A stretch of DNA of 64,000 bases from the human T2T-CHM13v2.0 reference genome, Homo sapiens. Numbering within the stretch: the stretch's first letter is position 1; every line of letters begins with the position of its first letter. The notes beneath the pieces were generated by a model, which saw only the letters and a program-made list of their open reading frames with translations, did not search any database and was not told where the DNA came from. The stretch lies in the NCBI RefSeq assembly GCF_009914755.1, contig NC_060929.1. One strand, 5' to 3'. A program made the position numbers and the translations under genes. Of the stretch, positions 38,000-51,400 are shown piece by piece.

Positions 38000-40410
38000 A
38001 AATTGGTTCTAGGAATAGTTCCAACAGATAGGCCAGAAAAGATGGGATTTGGGTATTTATTTGGTCATGTCCTCAGACTTGAGTGCAGTAGTGAGCTCTT
38101 TGCCAAGGGAAATGGAATGTTAAGTAAAATGCAGCATGCAGTGAAATCATAACTAGTTAAATTAACACCTATGGTTGACTGGGATGGAGTGCCCATTAAA
38201 ACAAGTGCCTTGGGAGCTCAGCTGGCTGCTACATTTGACCATAATGGCAGCAACGATGACTACAAGGACTGTGGTGCAGGATGGATATTTTTAAGTGTGC
38301 TTGAGTGCTTACAGAAAGAAAACAACAAACTCAGATTCTTTAAGCCCCAGTTCAAGTTAAAATCTGAGAACTAGAAAGCCTTCATGATATAATCCTTGAA
38401 GCCATGGTACTAACAGTAATGAAAGACAAACAAAATTTAGTTGTTCATGTTACTTAATTACAACAAGAATTCATAGTCTCACCAAGTGTCTCATGAAAGT
38501 CAGGGCATCTAATGAGAAAGATGGGACATGGAACTTGGAATAGGGATATCTGCTTGGACCCAGATGAAACTGACAATCCTGAACTCCCAAGTCCCTTCAG
38601 CCACCCTTATCAGTGGAAGTAGCTTGCCCTCTGGTGTTTGAGAAAACTAGCCTTTCTTTGCTTAAAATCATGTGCTAACTTCACTTGAGGCAGATGTCTT
38701 GGAAAGGGATCCTCATTCTCTTCAAGACCCACCACAGACCCCCTCATTGTCATTAGACCCACAACTGGGGTTAAATCTCAGCATGTTCCAGGGGCACAGA
38801 TCCACACTGTGACCCATGAAGAAATAGTTTACACACCAAAATAATTACAATAATGTTCAATAATATATGGGAATGTATTAAAAAACATGTGTGGGTATGC
38901 ATTATAAGGATGTTTGACCAGGAGGATGGAATACCCCACTAAAACAGGTTAAATTCATTGATATGACTGAATTTGCTAAAGATTCCAGATTTATAATGTG
39001 TCTTTTTGTGCTGAAAGTAGGTATAACACCTTGCTTCATTGGTTAACTGAAATATGGGATCAGCAGTGCCCTACAGTTGATAATATTGAGATGCCAGAGC
39101 TGCCCCAGTGTGATGTAGAAGAGGGAATTCAAACACTTAGGGAGATAGGAATGTTAAGTACCATTTATCATGCATACCCACTCCCAACTATATTCCACAA
39201 GAAGGCCAAGGGAGCACTTTCTTCACTAACAATGAGAAATAAATTAGTAAGGGGAGCATCCACATCATTGAAAAGCTGTATGGTTTTTCTGTCCTGTAGG
39301 CTAGGTATGACTGTGTGGATGCCATCATTGAGATGAGTTCCTTGATTTCAATAGGGATGATGAGATCCTGGGGTAGCAACTGCCAAAGACGAATTGGGTC
39401 CATCTTCCTTAAAGGGCTGCAGAGACACAATAGTAATCAGAATGTTTTGACCCACAAAGATCTTTGGACATAGCTAGTTATAACAACGTCCTGAGGAAGG
39501 AAATAGATGAGAAGTCTATTAGGTTATTGCTTGAGCTATGTAACTGGAAAAAAATCTAAGTCTGGCACCCAAAAACTTGATTGTAATGCCAAAATGGTGA
39601 GTCACAGCCTTACTCCCAGATTACATAGCTAATTCAGCTCACAAACCCAGAGCCCCTTGATTGAAGGAGAAGCTAGATCCCCTTGAAGGACTCTTTGCCA
39701 TTACCACAAATATATACCATAAATCTTCCTACAAGCCTTCCCCCAAAAGATTGCTGCCATTTGCCAGAGTGATTACTCACCGGGAAAAGTCAATACCCAG
39801 ACCTTTCAGGGACTGCTAGATACTAGCGTTGATCTGATGCTAATTCTTGGGGACCCAAAATGCCACCATGTCTCTGTAAGTGAGGCCTTGCTGTGGTCAG
39901 GTGACAGATGGAGTCTAAGCTCCAATCTGACCCACTTGTAGGCCCCACAGTGTGGTTGTTTTTCCAGGTCCTTAGTGTATAATTAGGGAAGGCATATTTG
40001 TCAACTATGAAAAACTCTACCTAGGTTCTCTTATCCATGACATGAAGGCCATAATACTGAAGGGTTAAGAGGAAACCCTTGAAACTTTGCCTTCCTCCCA
40101 AGAGAGTAAACCAGAAGTAATGCTGTATCCCTGGGAAAGGTGCAGAGATGAACACCACCATTAAAAACTTGAAAGAAGCAGAAGTGGTGGTACCCAACAT
40201 ATCCCCACACTTTGGCCCGTGTAAGTCAGACAAAACATGAAGAAAGACCGTGGACTATTGTTCACTTAACCGGGTGGTGACCCTAATTGCAACTGTTATC
40301 TAAAACCTACTTTTTATTATTCATATAAAAATATTATTATTATTCAAAATGTAATATATTTGCTTGAACAAACCAATTCAGACTCTGGCACTTGATACAC
40401 AGCTATTGAC
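38000..40410 (+). mobile_element. ERVL internal region (degenerate gag, protease and RT start)
   Basis: gag CGAGWIFLSVLECLQKENNKLR and WLTE.W....PTV..IEMPELP..DVEEGIQ.LREIGML. Protease TFQGLLDTS.DLMLI.GDPK at about 39800. RT (W)RKTVDYC.LNRVVT.IA at about 40240. Many stops. Confidence 0.9.
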
Positions 40411-40429
40411 CTTTCTATTTTTTCCTCAG

Positions 40430-40664
40430 ATGTTGCATGTGATGCCTGGAGGTATGCCAGCTATTTTGAAATCCTGAAGATAAAAGCAACAATAAGGAAA
40501 GCAGAACAGGAAGGTTAACAGAGCCTGGGTTTTTGATCATGTCATTTATCCACCATACTAGCCCTGATTGGCTCAACCCCTCAACTTCTCATTGAGAAAT
40601 AAACCTATTACTTATATATAGTTGTTTTCTGTTACTTGATGGTGAATGCAATTATAACTGACAC
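40430..40664 (+). mobile_element. MLT1 (J/K-like) LTR 3' part
   Basis: gtgatgcctggagg...cagagcctgggtttttgat...gagaaataaacc...ttttctgttacttg...taactgacaca. Confidence 0.65.
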
Positions 40665-43127
40665 AAAACTTCAAGAACAGAAGGCAAAAAGAGATTTCTC
40701 AAACTAAAAGGAAGATGGCTTGGCAATTTGCAGGTTCTATCAGTATAAGAGACACACACTTAGCTCCTTCCTACAGCTCCAGAAAGATAGAAAGATCTCC
40801 AGAAGAATACTTCCCCTATTAATCCCAAACGTGACAAGGATTCTTGACTCAAGTACTTAACACAGAAGCAGCTAAGCTATTTGCCTTTAAGAGGCTATGA
40901 GGTTTTGACGAGGAATGCATTAGCCAGATGACAATTACTTATGGAATACTTAGGTGGCCAGTATAGACTGAGGACCAGAAAACCTTCGCCGATGTTCCAC
41001 ACTGCCTGGGACCCACGGGGTCTTAAATGTCCACTGAGAAGGGAGGGAGCTCCAATAGGGATGGAATTTTCTGTCAGAGGAGTAGGATGAGGGCTCAAAT
41101 TCATAATTAGAAAACTAAAGACATGTTATGTTTATTGCACAGCTGAACATGTGGAATAAAATTCATAACTATTATGACCATAAAGTAAAAATATAAATTC
41201 CTATTTATCTTTAATTCCCATTTCTGACAAAATGCTTCTAGTATTTTTCTGTTTGACATGATCAAGAAATCATTAAAATATAGTCCTCAGAATCCTAGAA
41301 ATTAAGCTTTATATGGAGCACATGAAACTACCAAGCCTTACAGAAATTTTAACTTTAAAAAGATCTTTTCTACAGCCTCCTATATCCCCCAAACTTGTCA
41401 CTCAGCACAAGCTGCAAGGAGATAAGTTATGAGATCTTAGTATTCTACTCTTCACCTGTAAGAATTCTGAAATAAACCATAACACAGTCGCATCTTACTT
41501 TTATATATCAGTATAATTTAAATATGTATTTATGCCAACAAACTACATATGTTATTCAGAAGTCACTTGAATACACTTCAAAATTGAGAGAGGCAGACAT
41601 TTGTATTTCATGATTGTGTACCTAAATGCACACAGGCATCAGTTCTCTCTCTGAAGAATGAGTAGAAATTCCACAGGTCTTGGCAGCTTCATCTTTTGGG
41701 GGTTACCATTCCCTCCCCTGCCTCGGGTGAGTAAGACCTTTTCTGGTTTCTGTAGTGTAGTCAACTCTTGTTTGTATCCAGAATTAACTAGTTTGTGGAT
41801 TAACCATGGGGAAAAAATTATAACTAGTAGATTAATTTTTAAAATGCAGCAATGTATGTCAACAAAAATATCTACATTTTAAAAGAGGCCAACTGCTTGA
41901 AACTACATACTAACAATGCAGGGCCACTCCTATCCCAGCCAACTGTAAACAGTCTTATCTGCTTGAAACCCCATGTTTACATCCTGCATATGGAAGGAAG
42001 AAGTACAAAGTCTTACCAGCAGTCTTGAGAATTCTGGTCAGTTTTAAACACATTGGTGCACAGTCCCTTTCTTTTAACTTTTTAGGGCAGCCAGAGGGTT
42101 CTTAGCCTGCTCCTCAAATGTTATATGATTTTAGTCTAGGATTAGAGAGAAAGAAGGGAGGTATGCTTTTCAGAACAAAACTCAAATTTTTTTGCAAAAA
42201 ATCCAGGACCTGAAGCTTTTAATTTAGTGCAGGCACATGGAGGGACCAAGGTTGCAAAGAGCGAGGGGGCACATGAAGAATGGGAAGGAAAAGCCACTGA
42301 AGGAGCCGACATTAAGAAGTTGGGTAATTTAACTTCAGAGCTGTGTGGTTTGACGGTGATGCATGTGACCTGGGGTGTGAGACACTGAGGGATGACAAGA
42401 TGGTGAGGTCGCCTTGTGGAGAGGAGGTGAGTGATCGCAGCAGTGCAGGGTAGAGGCTGCTAGCAAAATATGAACACGCTAGGGCTGCACTTTATCACCT
42501 AGACCATCTGCTGGATGCTTTAGGAAGCGGAGGACCATTTGCTAAGTGACAAACTGATGTCACTTTATTCTAATATTCAACAAAAGAAGAACTCCGCCAA
42601 GCAGCAGACAGTAACAACAGACTATTTTGCCACTTTTCATCAAGCAATTTGTGTGATGTTTTGAGTCCCTTAAGTATTATTCTTGCATTATGTTTATACT
42701 TTGATAATATCTGTAGAACAGGAAATGTGTCCCTAAATATTAGATGTCATTTTAAGTAAATTGTCGTTCATTAAATCCATTGTTGACACTGTTTTGCCTG
42801 AGTTTGCTTAGCTGCTTCTGAGGCTTCTCCATAACTCCTCCCACCTTTCTTGCTCTTATCCTCTCATGCACATTATCATAAACACCCAACAACTGATAGA
42901 CCATGAGTACATCTCACAACGGTGCCCGTGACTTTGACTTCACATTAGAGCTGGGCATCTGGAGCTTCAGACTGGTGGTCTGCACATCTCAAAACAGAAG
43001 CCAAGTCCTTAGAAATTCCACAGGACTTGTACATGCTGTATTTTTTGTCTTTGAGAAATATATGCTTACTCTGCTATAAATGAAGAATATTGCTTCAGAA
43101 GAAGACGGCTTTTCCTCTGTATTCTGA

Positions 43128-43512
<385 letters not shown>

Positions 43513-44309
43513 TCTAAATGGTAATTTCTTATGCAAGATGCTTTGCCCTGACCTTCTCTACTTTTACTATTGTCTTTGTCACTGAAACATCTATGTGTAG
43601 CTTATAATAGCAGATTTACAAGTGATTTAAAGATAAACTGTTATGTTTAAGCAAATGCACACTCTTTTTCTTAAAATTTAGATTTCTAGTTCTCAAGCAA
43701 ATTGGTACAACTGTCAGAGCTTGTTGAGATTAATGCAATTAAAAACTTCCTGCAGACAGGCTATTCAAACATACTGCTTTGAGACAGACTCCTAGCTGTG
43801 TGGGCTACTGGACACTTGTGCTTTCTTATGGAAAGCTCCATGATGGAGCCACACTGCACCTGCACCACACAGCCCAACAACATCATGGTAATACCATGGT
43901 GAAGACAGCAGAGATCGGCCTTGGGAAAAATGCTGCTAAAACTATATTTACTGATTATTGAGAAAAGACACCCAGAGCCACCTCCCACCAAGCACCCCTA
44001 GCTCAGGCTGAGAATCCCTGCAAATGCCACCCAGTCCCAAGACAGCCTCCTCTGACCTGCTGAGAAAAACCACAGGACTTATTGATTTCTGAATGATCAA
44101 TCAAGTTCCTTGATATCAGGAGAAATATTGTTTTAACAGTTCCTGGACTTCATTCTAGTGGGTTGTGGAAAGCCTACTTTTTCAAAGATAGCCCTTCTAA
44201 CTTAACCAACACCTTATACCCTTGTATCTATAGGTCTTCTACAACCTGGCCAGGCCAGAGCCTGGGGTCTGAACAGATCTACAGATAATTCCTGTGTTCT
44301 ACCGACTAC

Positions 44310-44458
44310 ACACTAGACTGTGAGTTCCTTGAGTTCAAGGACTGGTTTATTCATCTTTGTAGTCAGACACAAATATTTTATATGTGTATACTATAAAATA
44401 TAGCGTATGTATATGGTATATAGTAGATTCTCAATAAGTATTTGCACAAGTTAAATGT
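44310..44458 (+). mobile_element. L2 3' end fragment
   Basis: ctagactgtgagttccttgag..aggactgg...tagtagattctcaataagtatttg. Confidence 0.6.
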
Positions 44459-44872
44459 TGACTCTCTTGGCAAGAACTTTATACCTGGGAATTATGGTTG
44501 AGCAATTAAGTTAGAAGTGACTTGTAACAATATATCAATTTTAATTCATCCAACGTTAGTTGTGTTCAAATTTGTGTGTTATAACCTGGGTATATAGTAT
44601 GATTAAAATTAGCTTTGGTCCTAAACACTATAATTCATTTGAGGAATGTGTCATCTTACCAAGTCAAATTCATGGACATTGTAGTAAGTAGTAAATATGA
44701 GTACCACAAGTGTGAGCAACATGAGGGAGGGACACTTAGCTATTGAGACCAAATAAATGCCATTTGGGTGAGTCAGAAAGTGCTGGTGAAGTGTGCTTCA
44801 TTATGAATATCATTTGCATGAAGATCCTGCAATATGTCATCTAAAATTCCCCAATTCCGATTTTGAAACACT

Positions 44873-45125
44873 AATAATAGCTAATATTCTTTGAGTCCAT
44901 TCTACAAGCCAGGCATCATACTAGGCTGCTTTGGGAGCACATGTTACTAACCCCCCAGAGAATCCCTATGAAGGAGATATTATCACCATTTTCATTTTAC
45001 AGATGGAGAAGGTAGGTAACGGAGGGATTAATGAACACGCCCAGTGTTACATAGCTAGCAAGTGGCTGAGCTGGAATTTAAATTTAGTGACCTAACTCCC
45101 TTACCAATGTGCTCATAGTTACTAG
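44873..45125 (-). mobile_element. MIR (MIRb-like)
   Basis: aataatagctaatatt...gccaggcatcatactagg...cattttacagatggagaagg...catagctagcaagtggctgagctggaattt. Confidence 0.8.
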
Positions 45126-45615
45126 GTGGGCCTAGTAACACAGCTCTGCAATATCCTTGAATAGCCTGGCTTCCTCAGGCTTTTGATTTCATTTACAAGA
45201 TTGAGATTATTGAGTGATGAGTTATAGGACTGGTAAAAAGCTGAATTCCAACAGTCTCACATATGGAATGTCTTAGCTTTAGAAGAAGTAGGAATATGGG
45301 AAGATAGGGTGATGGTAACTTCTACAAAGTGCTTTCAGCTGAAAGCCTGAATAGGTCTCCTACTCCCTCTGCTTCTGCCTACTTCCAGAGAAACCTCTTA
45401 GCTTAAGAACTACAGGGATCAGTAAAAAGATAAAACTCTTCCGAATTGGCCACAAGTGTGGGTCTGTTTCAGGACCAAGATCTGGTCTGTATTCCGTTGC
45501 TTATCAGTAATCCTCTAAAGTGGATTTACCCTAACTGCGGTTGTTTGGTACCTCGTTCTCTGTGCTAGATACTTATCTGGGGGGAAGAGATCCTCAACAA
45601 CACTATTCTTTATTG

Positions 45616-45906
45616 CACAGGTCAGCAAACTTTCCTATAAAGAACTCTATAGTAAATATTCTAGGCATCGTAGTCCATGAGGTCTCTGTCATAACTACTC
45701 AACTCTGCAGTTACAGAGCAAAAGCAGCCATAGACAATTTGTAAACAAACGAGCATGAGGGCTGGGTTCTAATGAAACTTCATGAATGAAAACCGCATTT
45801 TGAATATCATATACTTTTCAGGTGTTCTGAATTACTACTCTTTTTTTGGATTTTTCTCCAGCCATTCAAAAATGTAAAAGCCATTCTTAGCATGTTGGCC
45901 ATACCA
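45616..45906 (+). mobile_element. MER58(B)-like hAT-Charlie MITE
   Basis: ggtcagcaaactttcctataaag...atagtaaatattctaggc...actactcaactctgc...aaagcagccatagacaat. Confidence 0.85.
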
Positions 45907-46566
45907 ACCATCCCAAGGTTTCAGAATACCAGCAACTTATTTGCACACATGGGAACCCCTCTTTGCAAAGTCTACTCAGCTCTCCCAAAGGCCATATAAC
46001 CCATCTTGAGGCACAGTGTTTGGCACATAGGACATGTTGGAGGAGGAGGAACTTACCATCACTCTTCTTTCTGTGCTACAGTGAGCATCTCTATTAGAGG
46101 GGACATCCTGGACTGAGGTTAGCAGAGTAGTTTGTGGTAGGAAGAAATGCTCCCCGCACCAATCACTGTAGTCAGTATCCCTGAAAAGTAGGAATCACAG
46201 GTTGCTCATCTGTCAGATTAGGTTTCCATGAATCACAGATTATATTAATGAGCATCTTTGCAAAAGCTCCCTGTACTATTTGCCAAGAAATAATCTTCAC
46301 CCTGACAATAGCAATTAGCAATAAATGTTCTTTCTCCTTCCTTTTAAAAAATTGGGGTTTGAAACTGATGTTTTATAGGTTAGTTATCTTTTTCTGAAAA
46401 CAAAGGTGGATGCGGGTGATCTATATGTTCATCTCAAGTTTTCCCTTACAGTCTCTGAGAACTCCAGCCTATGTTTTCAGGTGGTTGTGAAGAAGAAGGA
46501 AGCTTCTTGTTTCTCCTTTCTTAGTAAAAGCCGAAGAGATAAGATTCAAAAGCATTAGAGAGAGGC

Positions 46567-46915
46567 TATTAACTATGTTGGTGCCTGCCCACAGGTCCAT
46601 CCTTACCAACTTAGGGCATGAAACCAGCTGATTTTCAACTGCCAGGACTGACCTCTTTTTGTCTGAGGGGTCCTTGGCACCCTGGCACACTGGTACTGAA
46701 GCATTTTGTCCACCACTGCAGCAGACTAGAAATGCTAGAGAATCATTGCCCTCCCAGAAACAGCCCTCGACCGACTAGCAGGGATTGATGTATAAATATC
46801 CCAACTTCCTCACTCCTTAGATGGGATAATGCTGAGGCCAATGTCTTACACTGGCACCCAGGGTAAAGTTTCCATTGCCCCGGATAACTGGATTGATAGT
46901 GCACCCTTTATAACC
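46567..46915 (+). mobile_element. LTR16(A)-like ERVL LTR
   Basis: cagccctcgacc...gtataaatatcccaacttcctcactccttagatgggataatgctgagg...gcaccctttat. Confidence 0.7.
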
Positions 46916-47071
46916 CTATAATCAGCCTACTAGTTGGTTGTGAAATGTGGCCAAGGACAGTGGCTCCCTCAGTCCACTTCACGACATCCCAACATACGAG
47001 GGGAAGGAGGAACCAACAAATCCCAAACATCCAGAAAACCTTCTAGAGAAGGACGTATATTCTGCACAAAA

Positions 47072-47421
47072 CCCACAAGGCCCGACACAATCTCAGCCTC
47101 CATGTCCTCTCTAACCTCACCTCCTCTGGCTCTTTACTTGGATGGCTCCATTCCAGCCATTCTGTCTTCTTGGCTGTTCCCAAAATATGCATGGCATAGT
47201 CCTGCCCCAAGGCTTTTGTTCTTGCTGTTGCCCTGTCTAGAACACCCTACCCCAGGTATCAGCATGGCTCCCTCCCTCACCTCCTTCCACAAGACTTTGT
47301 TCCAGTGTTACCCTCTTACTGAGGCCTTCCTGGACCACCTATGCAAAATTGCCACCATCCCACCCTAACACCCCCATTCCCCGGCTCAGCTTCATTTTTC
47401 TCCACAGCACTTACTGCTGTC
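47072..47421 (+). mobile_element. L2a-like fragment
   Basis: ccagccattctgtcttcttggctgttccc...ctgccccaaggcttttg..cttgctgttgccctgtctagaac...gaggccttcctggaccacc...cacagcactta. Confidence 0.8.
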
Positions 47422-47629
47422 CAGCTTGGCCTGCCCCAGGCTTGTCTCAGAAATTTGGTAGGCAGTGAGAAGAGCTTATATTTAGTGGGTTGCTTTTTGT
47501 TTTTAACTTTCACTAATTCTACACTATTTTTGCTTCAGGCTTTTAATTGCCTATTTAACTCAATACATTTATACACAGAGAAATTACCTTGAAACTGTTC
47601 TAGGAGGTTCTTTACAGGAAAGTTTAGAC

Positions 47630-47856
47630 TCCAATAGAACCATTGACTTTTGTAACCTGTGTTTGAGTCCCAGCCACTTAGTAATGTGTGGACTTGAGCA
47701 AGTTCCTGACCCTCAGTTTCTGTATCTTTAAAATGGGGGCACTAATACCCACTTTGCAGTATTTTTGTAAAGATTAAATGAGATACAATAGTAAAGTGTG
47801 CTTAGCAAGTGGGCACATAGCAGGCACCCACTCAATGGCAGCTATTTTTATTATTG
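47630..47856 (+). mobile_element. MIR
   Basis: cttgagcaagttcctgaccctcagtttctgtatctttaaaatggggg...gattaaatgagata...gcacatagcaggcac. Confidence 0.8.
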
Positions 47857-48006
47857 TTTAAAGTCATTTTGAAAAGGTGGCCCTGGCCTTTGAAACTCTG
47901 CTGTCTCTTGAAGATCATCACGGGACACAGCAGAGAGTTCAAATCTCTTCTCAAATCCTAAAGTCTTGACAAGAACCACTGAGCATTCTTTTACCTCTAA
48001 AAAACT

Positions 48007-48590
48007 ATCAACCTAGGTGTCCAATAACAGATGACTGCATAAAAACCTGTGGGATAAATACACAGTGGAATACTCTTCAGCCATTAAAAAAAAAAAGGAA
48101 TGAAATCCTGTCATTCCACAGCAACGTGGATGGAACTGGAGGATATTATGTTAAGTGAAATAAGCCAGGAACAAAAAGTTAAACACTGCATGTTCTCACT
48201 CATATGTGGAAGCTGAAAAAAAGTTGATCTCATACAAGTGAAAAGTAGAACAGAGGATACTAGGGGCTGGGAAGAGTAGAGGAAGGAAGGGATAAGGAGA
48301 GACTTATTAAAGGATACAAAATTACAGATAGGAAGAGTAAGTTTCAGGGTTCCATAGCATGGTAGGATGACTGTAGTTAACAATAATATATTAGATGGTT
48401 TCTAAACACTAAAAGGAGGATACTGAATGTCCCCAACACAAAAAAATGATAAATGTTTGAGATGATAGATATGCTAATTACCCTGATCTGATCACTATAC
48501 ATTATATGATCGAAACATTACTATGCTACATACCCCATGAATAATAGCACAATTATTATATTTCAATTAAAAAATTTAAAAAATTTTAAA
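48007..48590 (+). mobile_element. L1MA (about L1MA5) 3' end
   Basis: gaatgaaatcctgtcatt..gcaacgtggatggaactggagg...aaaggatacaaaattacag...gctaattaccctgatctgatcact, A-rich tail. Degenerate TSD ..tatcaa. Confidence 0.9.
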
Positions 48591-49224
48591 AGATTATCAA
48601 TACACTTGTGATAAAGAGAGTCATGCAAAATAGGGCAACATCCAGGGTTAAATTCTGTGGTGTGGATCCTCATGGGCTGCCAAGTAGCTCAGCAGAGGGG
48701 AAGCTTGAGAGAGCTGGACCACCCACAGAAGATGTCAAACAAGAGGGAGGAATTGCTTTGGGTCTTAAAAGATGGGCCAGACTTCATGGCAAAGAACAGT
48801 GTGGATAACATTCCAACTGAGGCAGAAGTGAGCATAATGAACTCAGGACAGGCAGTGTGGGGGTCAAGGATGCAGGGACCCCAAGGTTGAACCCATAGGA
48901 CTGGGGAGGACCCAGAAGGTCAGAAATAGGAGTTTGTGACCAACCGAGAGGTGATTTGAGGTCAAAATCCATTTGAATAATGCGAGTCAGATAGCTGAAA
49001 AGGACCCAATTTGCCATCTGCCATTGTATCAAGGAATTTTTGGCCTTTCAAGCACCAAACTCTCCCTCTTTTGCCCTTTACTTCCCACATCCACTTTCTC
49101 TTTCCCTCTCCCACCCCCAGCCGCCGCGGAGCCTATATTGAAACAATGTGTACTGATTTGGTAAGATTCATTTATTTCCCCGTTTTTATTCGTCAGAAAT
49201 ACTGAGTTGTCCATTATGGCTTTG

Positions 49225-49548
49225 GGTAAACATGAGATGACCAGTGTTTTTGTACCAAGCTAATATACTTGTAACCAGGAGCCTCTAGGAGGCTGCACAG
49301 AACCCACCTCAGAGTTGTCCCACCAAAGGGTGAGGAAATTGGAATATTTATCTACCTGCTTTCCTCTGTCATTTGTGAGGGCTGCTTCTAAGGGTGTTCA
49401 CTTCTGGCCTTTTCCAGGTGAGCTGAGAAAGTTCCCAACCTGTGAATGCTCGATGGAAGTTGCAGGCGTCTGTAGAAGAAAGCTGCTGCCTTGTAAGGGA
49501 GTGGTGAAAGCCAAGCAATATGAACAGGACATCAGAAGCTCCTACTAT
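49225..49548 (-). mobile_element. LTR16(C)-like ERVL LTR
   Basis: cctcagagttgtcccaccaaagggtgaggaaattggaatatttatctacc...tgagggctgct, antisense LTR16 core. Confidence 0.65.
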
Positions 49549-50864
49549 TCCTGGTGTCTCTAACAATTTGACTTTTCCCAGCATTGTCACCTTGGAGCCA
49601 CAGTAATGTCCCATCAGAAGAGCTCAATCAGAGGAACACCAATGCAAACTCACAAGCGGTACTGCCAAGCTCAGAAGGAACCTTTAAGTCTGGACTGCTC
49701 CCCACTCCATGTTCCTGCTTAGCCTTCAGGTCTTTCTGTTGCTTGCTTTCTGTGGCTTCTTGTTTGTTGACACTCCTGAAGCCGTGCTTCCTTTTTAAAT
49801 GGCATTTTAACACCAATGTCCCCAGATAGCCATGGTACTCCCCTCGGCTGGAATATGCAGGGTGTATGGGGTGGAAAATTGTTGCAACTTAAATTAGAAG
49901 CATGAAAACAATGCAGGAAAATTCCATCTGAGGCTGTGTCTCTTGCTTAGTAGAAATCTCAGCTTTCAGAAGAACTGATGCTCGTTTTGGTGAGCCAGTG
50001 GTGGCAAAGGTTTCACTCTGATTTCACTTTCATTGCCTTTGGAAGGTCTTAGTCAGCATCTTGCCTCTGCTCAAAGACTCAAACCAAGAGTGCGATGAGG
50101 GTTAACTGCACAGTGTCATATTTGTGTCACGACAGATCGATGAGCTCATGGTTAATTCGTTGACTGTCTGTTTCAAGCAGCCCTTTGGTTCATCTGTTCC
50201 ACTCTACCAGCCAGGCTCTGCCTTGCTTCTCCTACGACAGTTACTTGGACTCTGGTTTCAACTGCTGATCATGATAAGGATTCTAGTACAGAGGATTCTC
50301 TGGCTGTTCCATATGCATTCGTTATTATTATTCAATCACATTACTGTTTATTTTTACTCTCCACTTACTTAACTCAGATGAATTGGGAGAGGTTGGTAGA
50401 GCATCCTCAAAGTTACTTCCATCCCCACCTATCGCCCTTTCTTGGCTAGGCAAGTGATCTTTGATATCTAATTTATACCATTAAATACATGAAAGTAGAA
50501 AAATGAAATAAAACCAGTATTTATATCTTCCATTCAATATTCTACCTACAAGAATTTAAAAAGTCTGAAACACAAATGTATCTAAGAGACAACTATACTA
50601 TTTTGAAATGTCTTTATAATTTAATAAATTATGGGCTTCAGTAGCTTAACTGAGATATACACTCCTCCCTAATTCCTTCTATTTCCTATATGTCCTGTCC
50701 CAGAAATGCCACCCCAATGATACTACTATGTTCGATTCCCCACATGCTTTGTCTGCATGTTACCGAAGTCTTCAAGTCACTTCCTCTAACTTGAATACCT
50801 ACTCCCAATTTGACTCCTCATTGTGGCCTCCTCGTTCACAACACTTCTACCTAATCTCTAGGTA

Positions 50865-51030
50865 GGCAACACAGAAGAGAGGTTGAAGATGTGCATTGGA
50901 CTGAGATAAAACTTAGGTTAGACAGCACTAGGTTCAAATCACAGCTTTGCTGTTTGTTAGCTGCATGACCTTAAACCAGTTACTGAAAACGCTGAGCCTC
51001 AGTTTTTTCATCTATAAAATGAGACCAAAT
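50865..51030 (+). mobile_element. MIR
   Basis: ctaggttcaaatcacagctttgc...tagctgcatgacctt...ctgagcctcagttttttcatctataaaatg. Confidence 0.8.
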
Positions 51031-51347
51031 GACCCATTTATTTATTTACTATTTCCTATCTCCTAATCTCCATGCACATTCCAAAGGAGTTCTAATGTTT
51101 TCCATCTTTGGCATTAAATCAAAGATCTTACTTATTTTAGTTGTGAATGTAAACAAAAAGTTAATATCATAAAATAGGTGCTCTGACAGTCATCACTTAA
51201 GAGGAATTTGTATACTTCATGCTAAAAAGAATCAGTTTCCAAAGCAAATGCTGGTCTTCTTACTGATCATGTGCCTTGTCTTTACTTATTCTAGAAATCC
51301 CAATCAATTGACGGTTTAAGAATAAAATGTTCTACAACTTACATGGA

Positions 51348-51400
51348 ATATATATATATACATACACACACACACACACACACATACATATATGCACGTA

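Noticed and set aside
38171-39336. ORFs as a domesticated gag gene
   Set aside because: Short ERVL gag remnants separated by stops and frameshifts.
40895-41104. Minus ORF as a continuation of the Gypsy RT
   Set aside because: Only a vague single-motif resemblance and no YxDD.
45118-45139. 9-bp perfect inverted repeat gttactagg/cctagtaac
   Set aside because: Short, at a MIR edge, and without other support.
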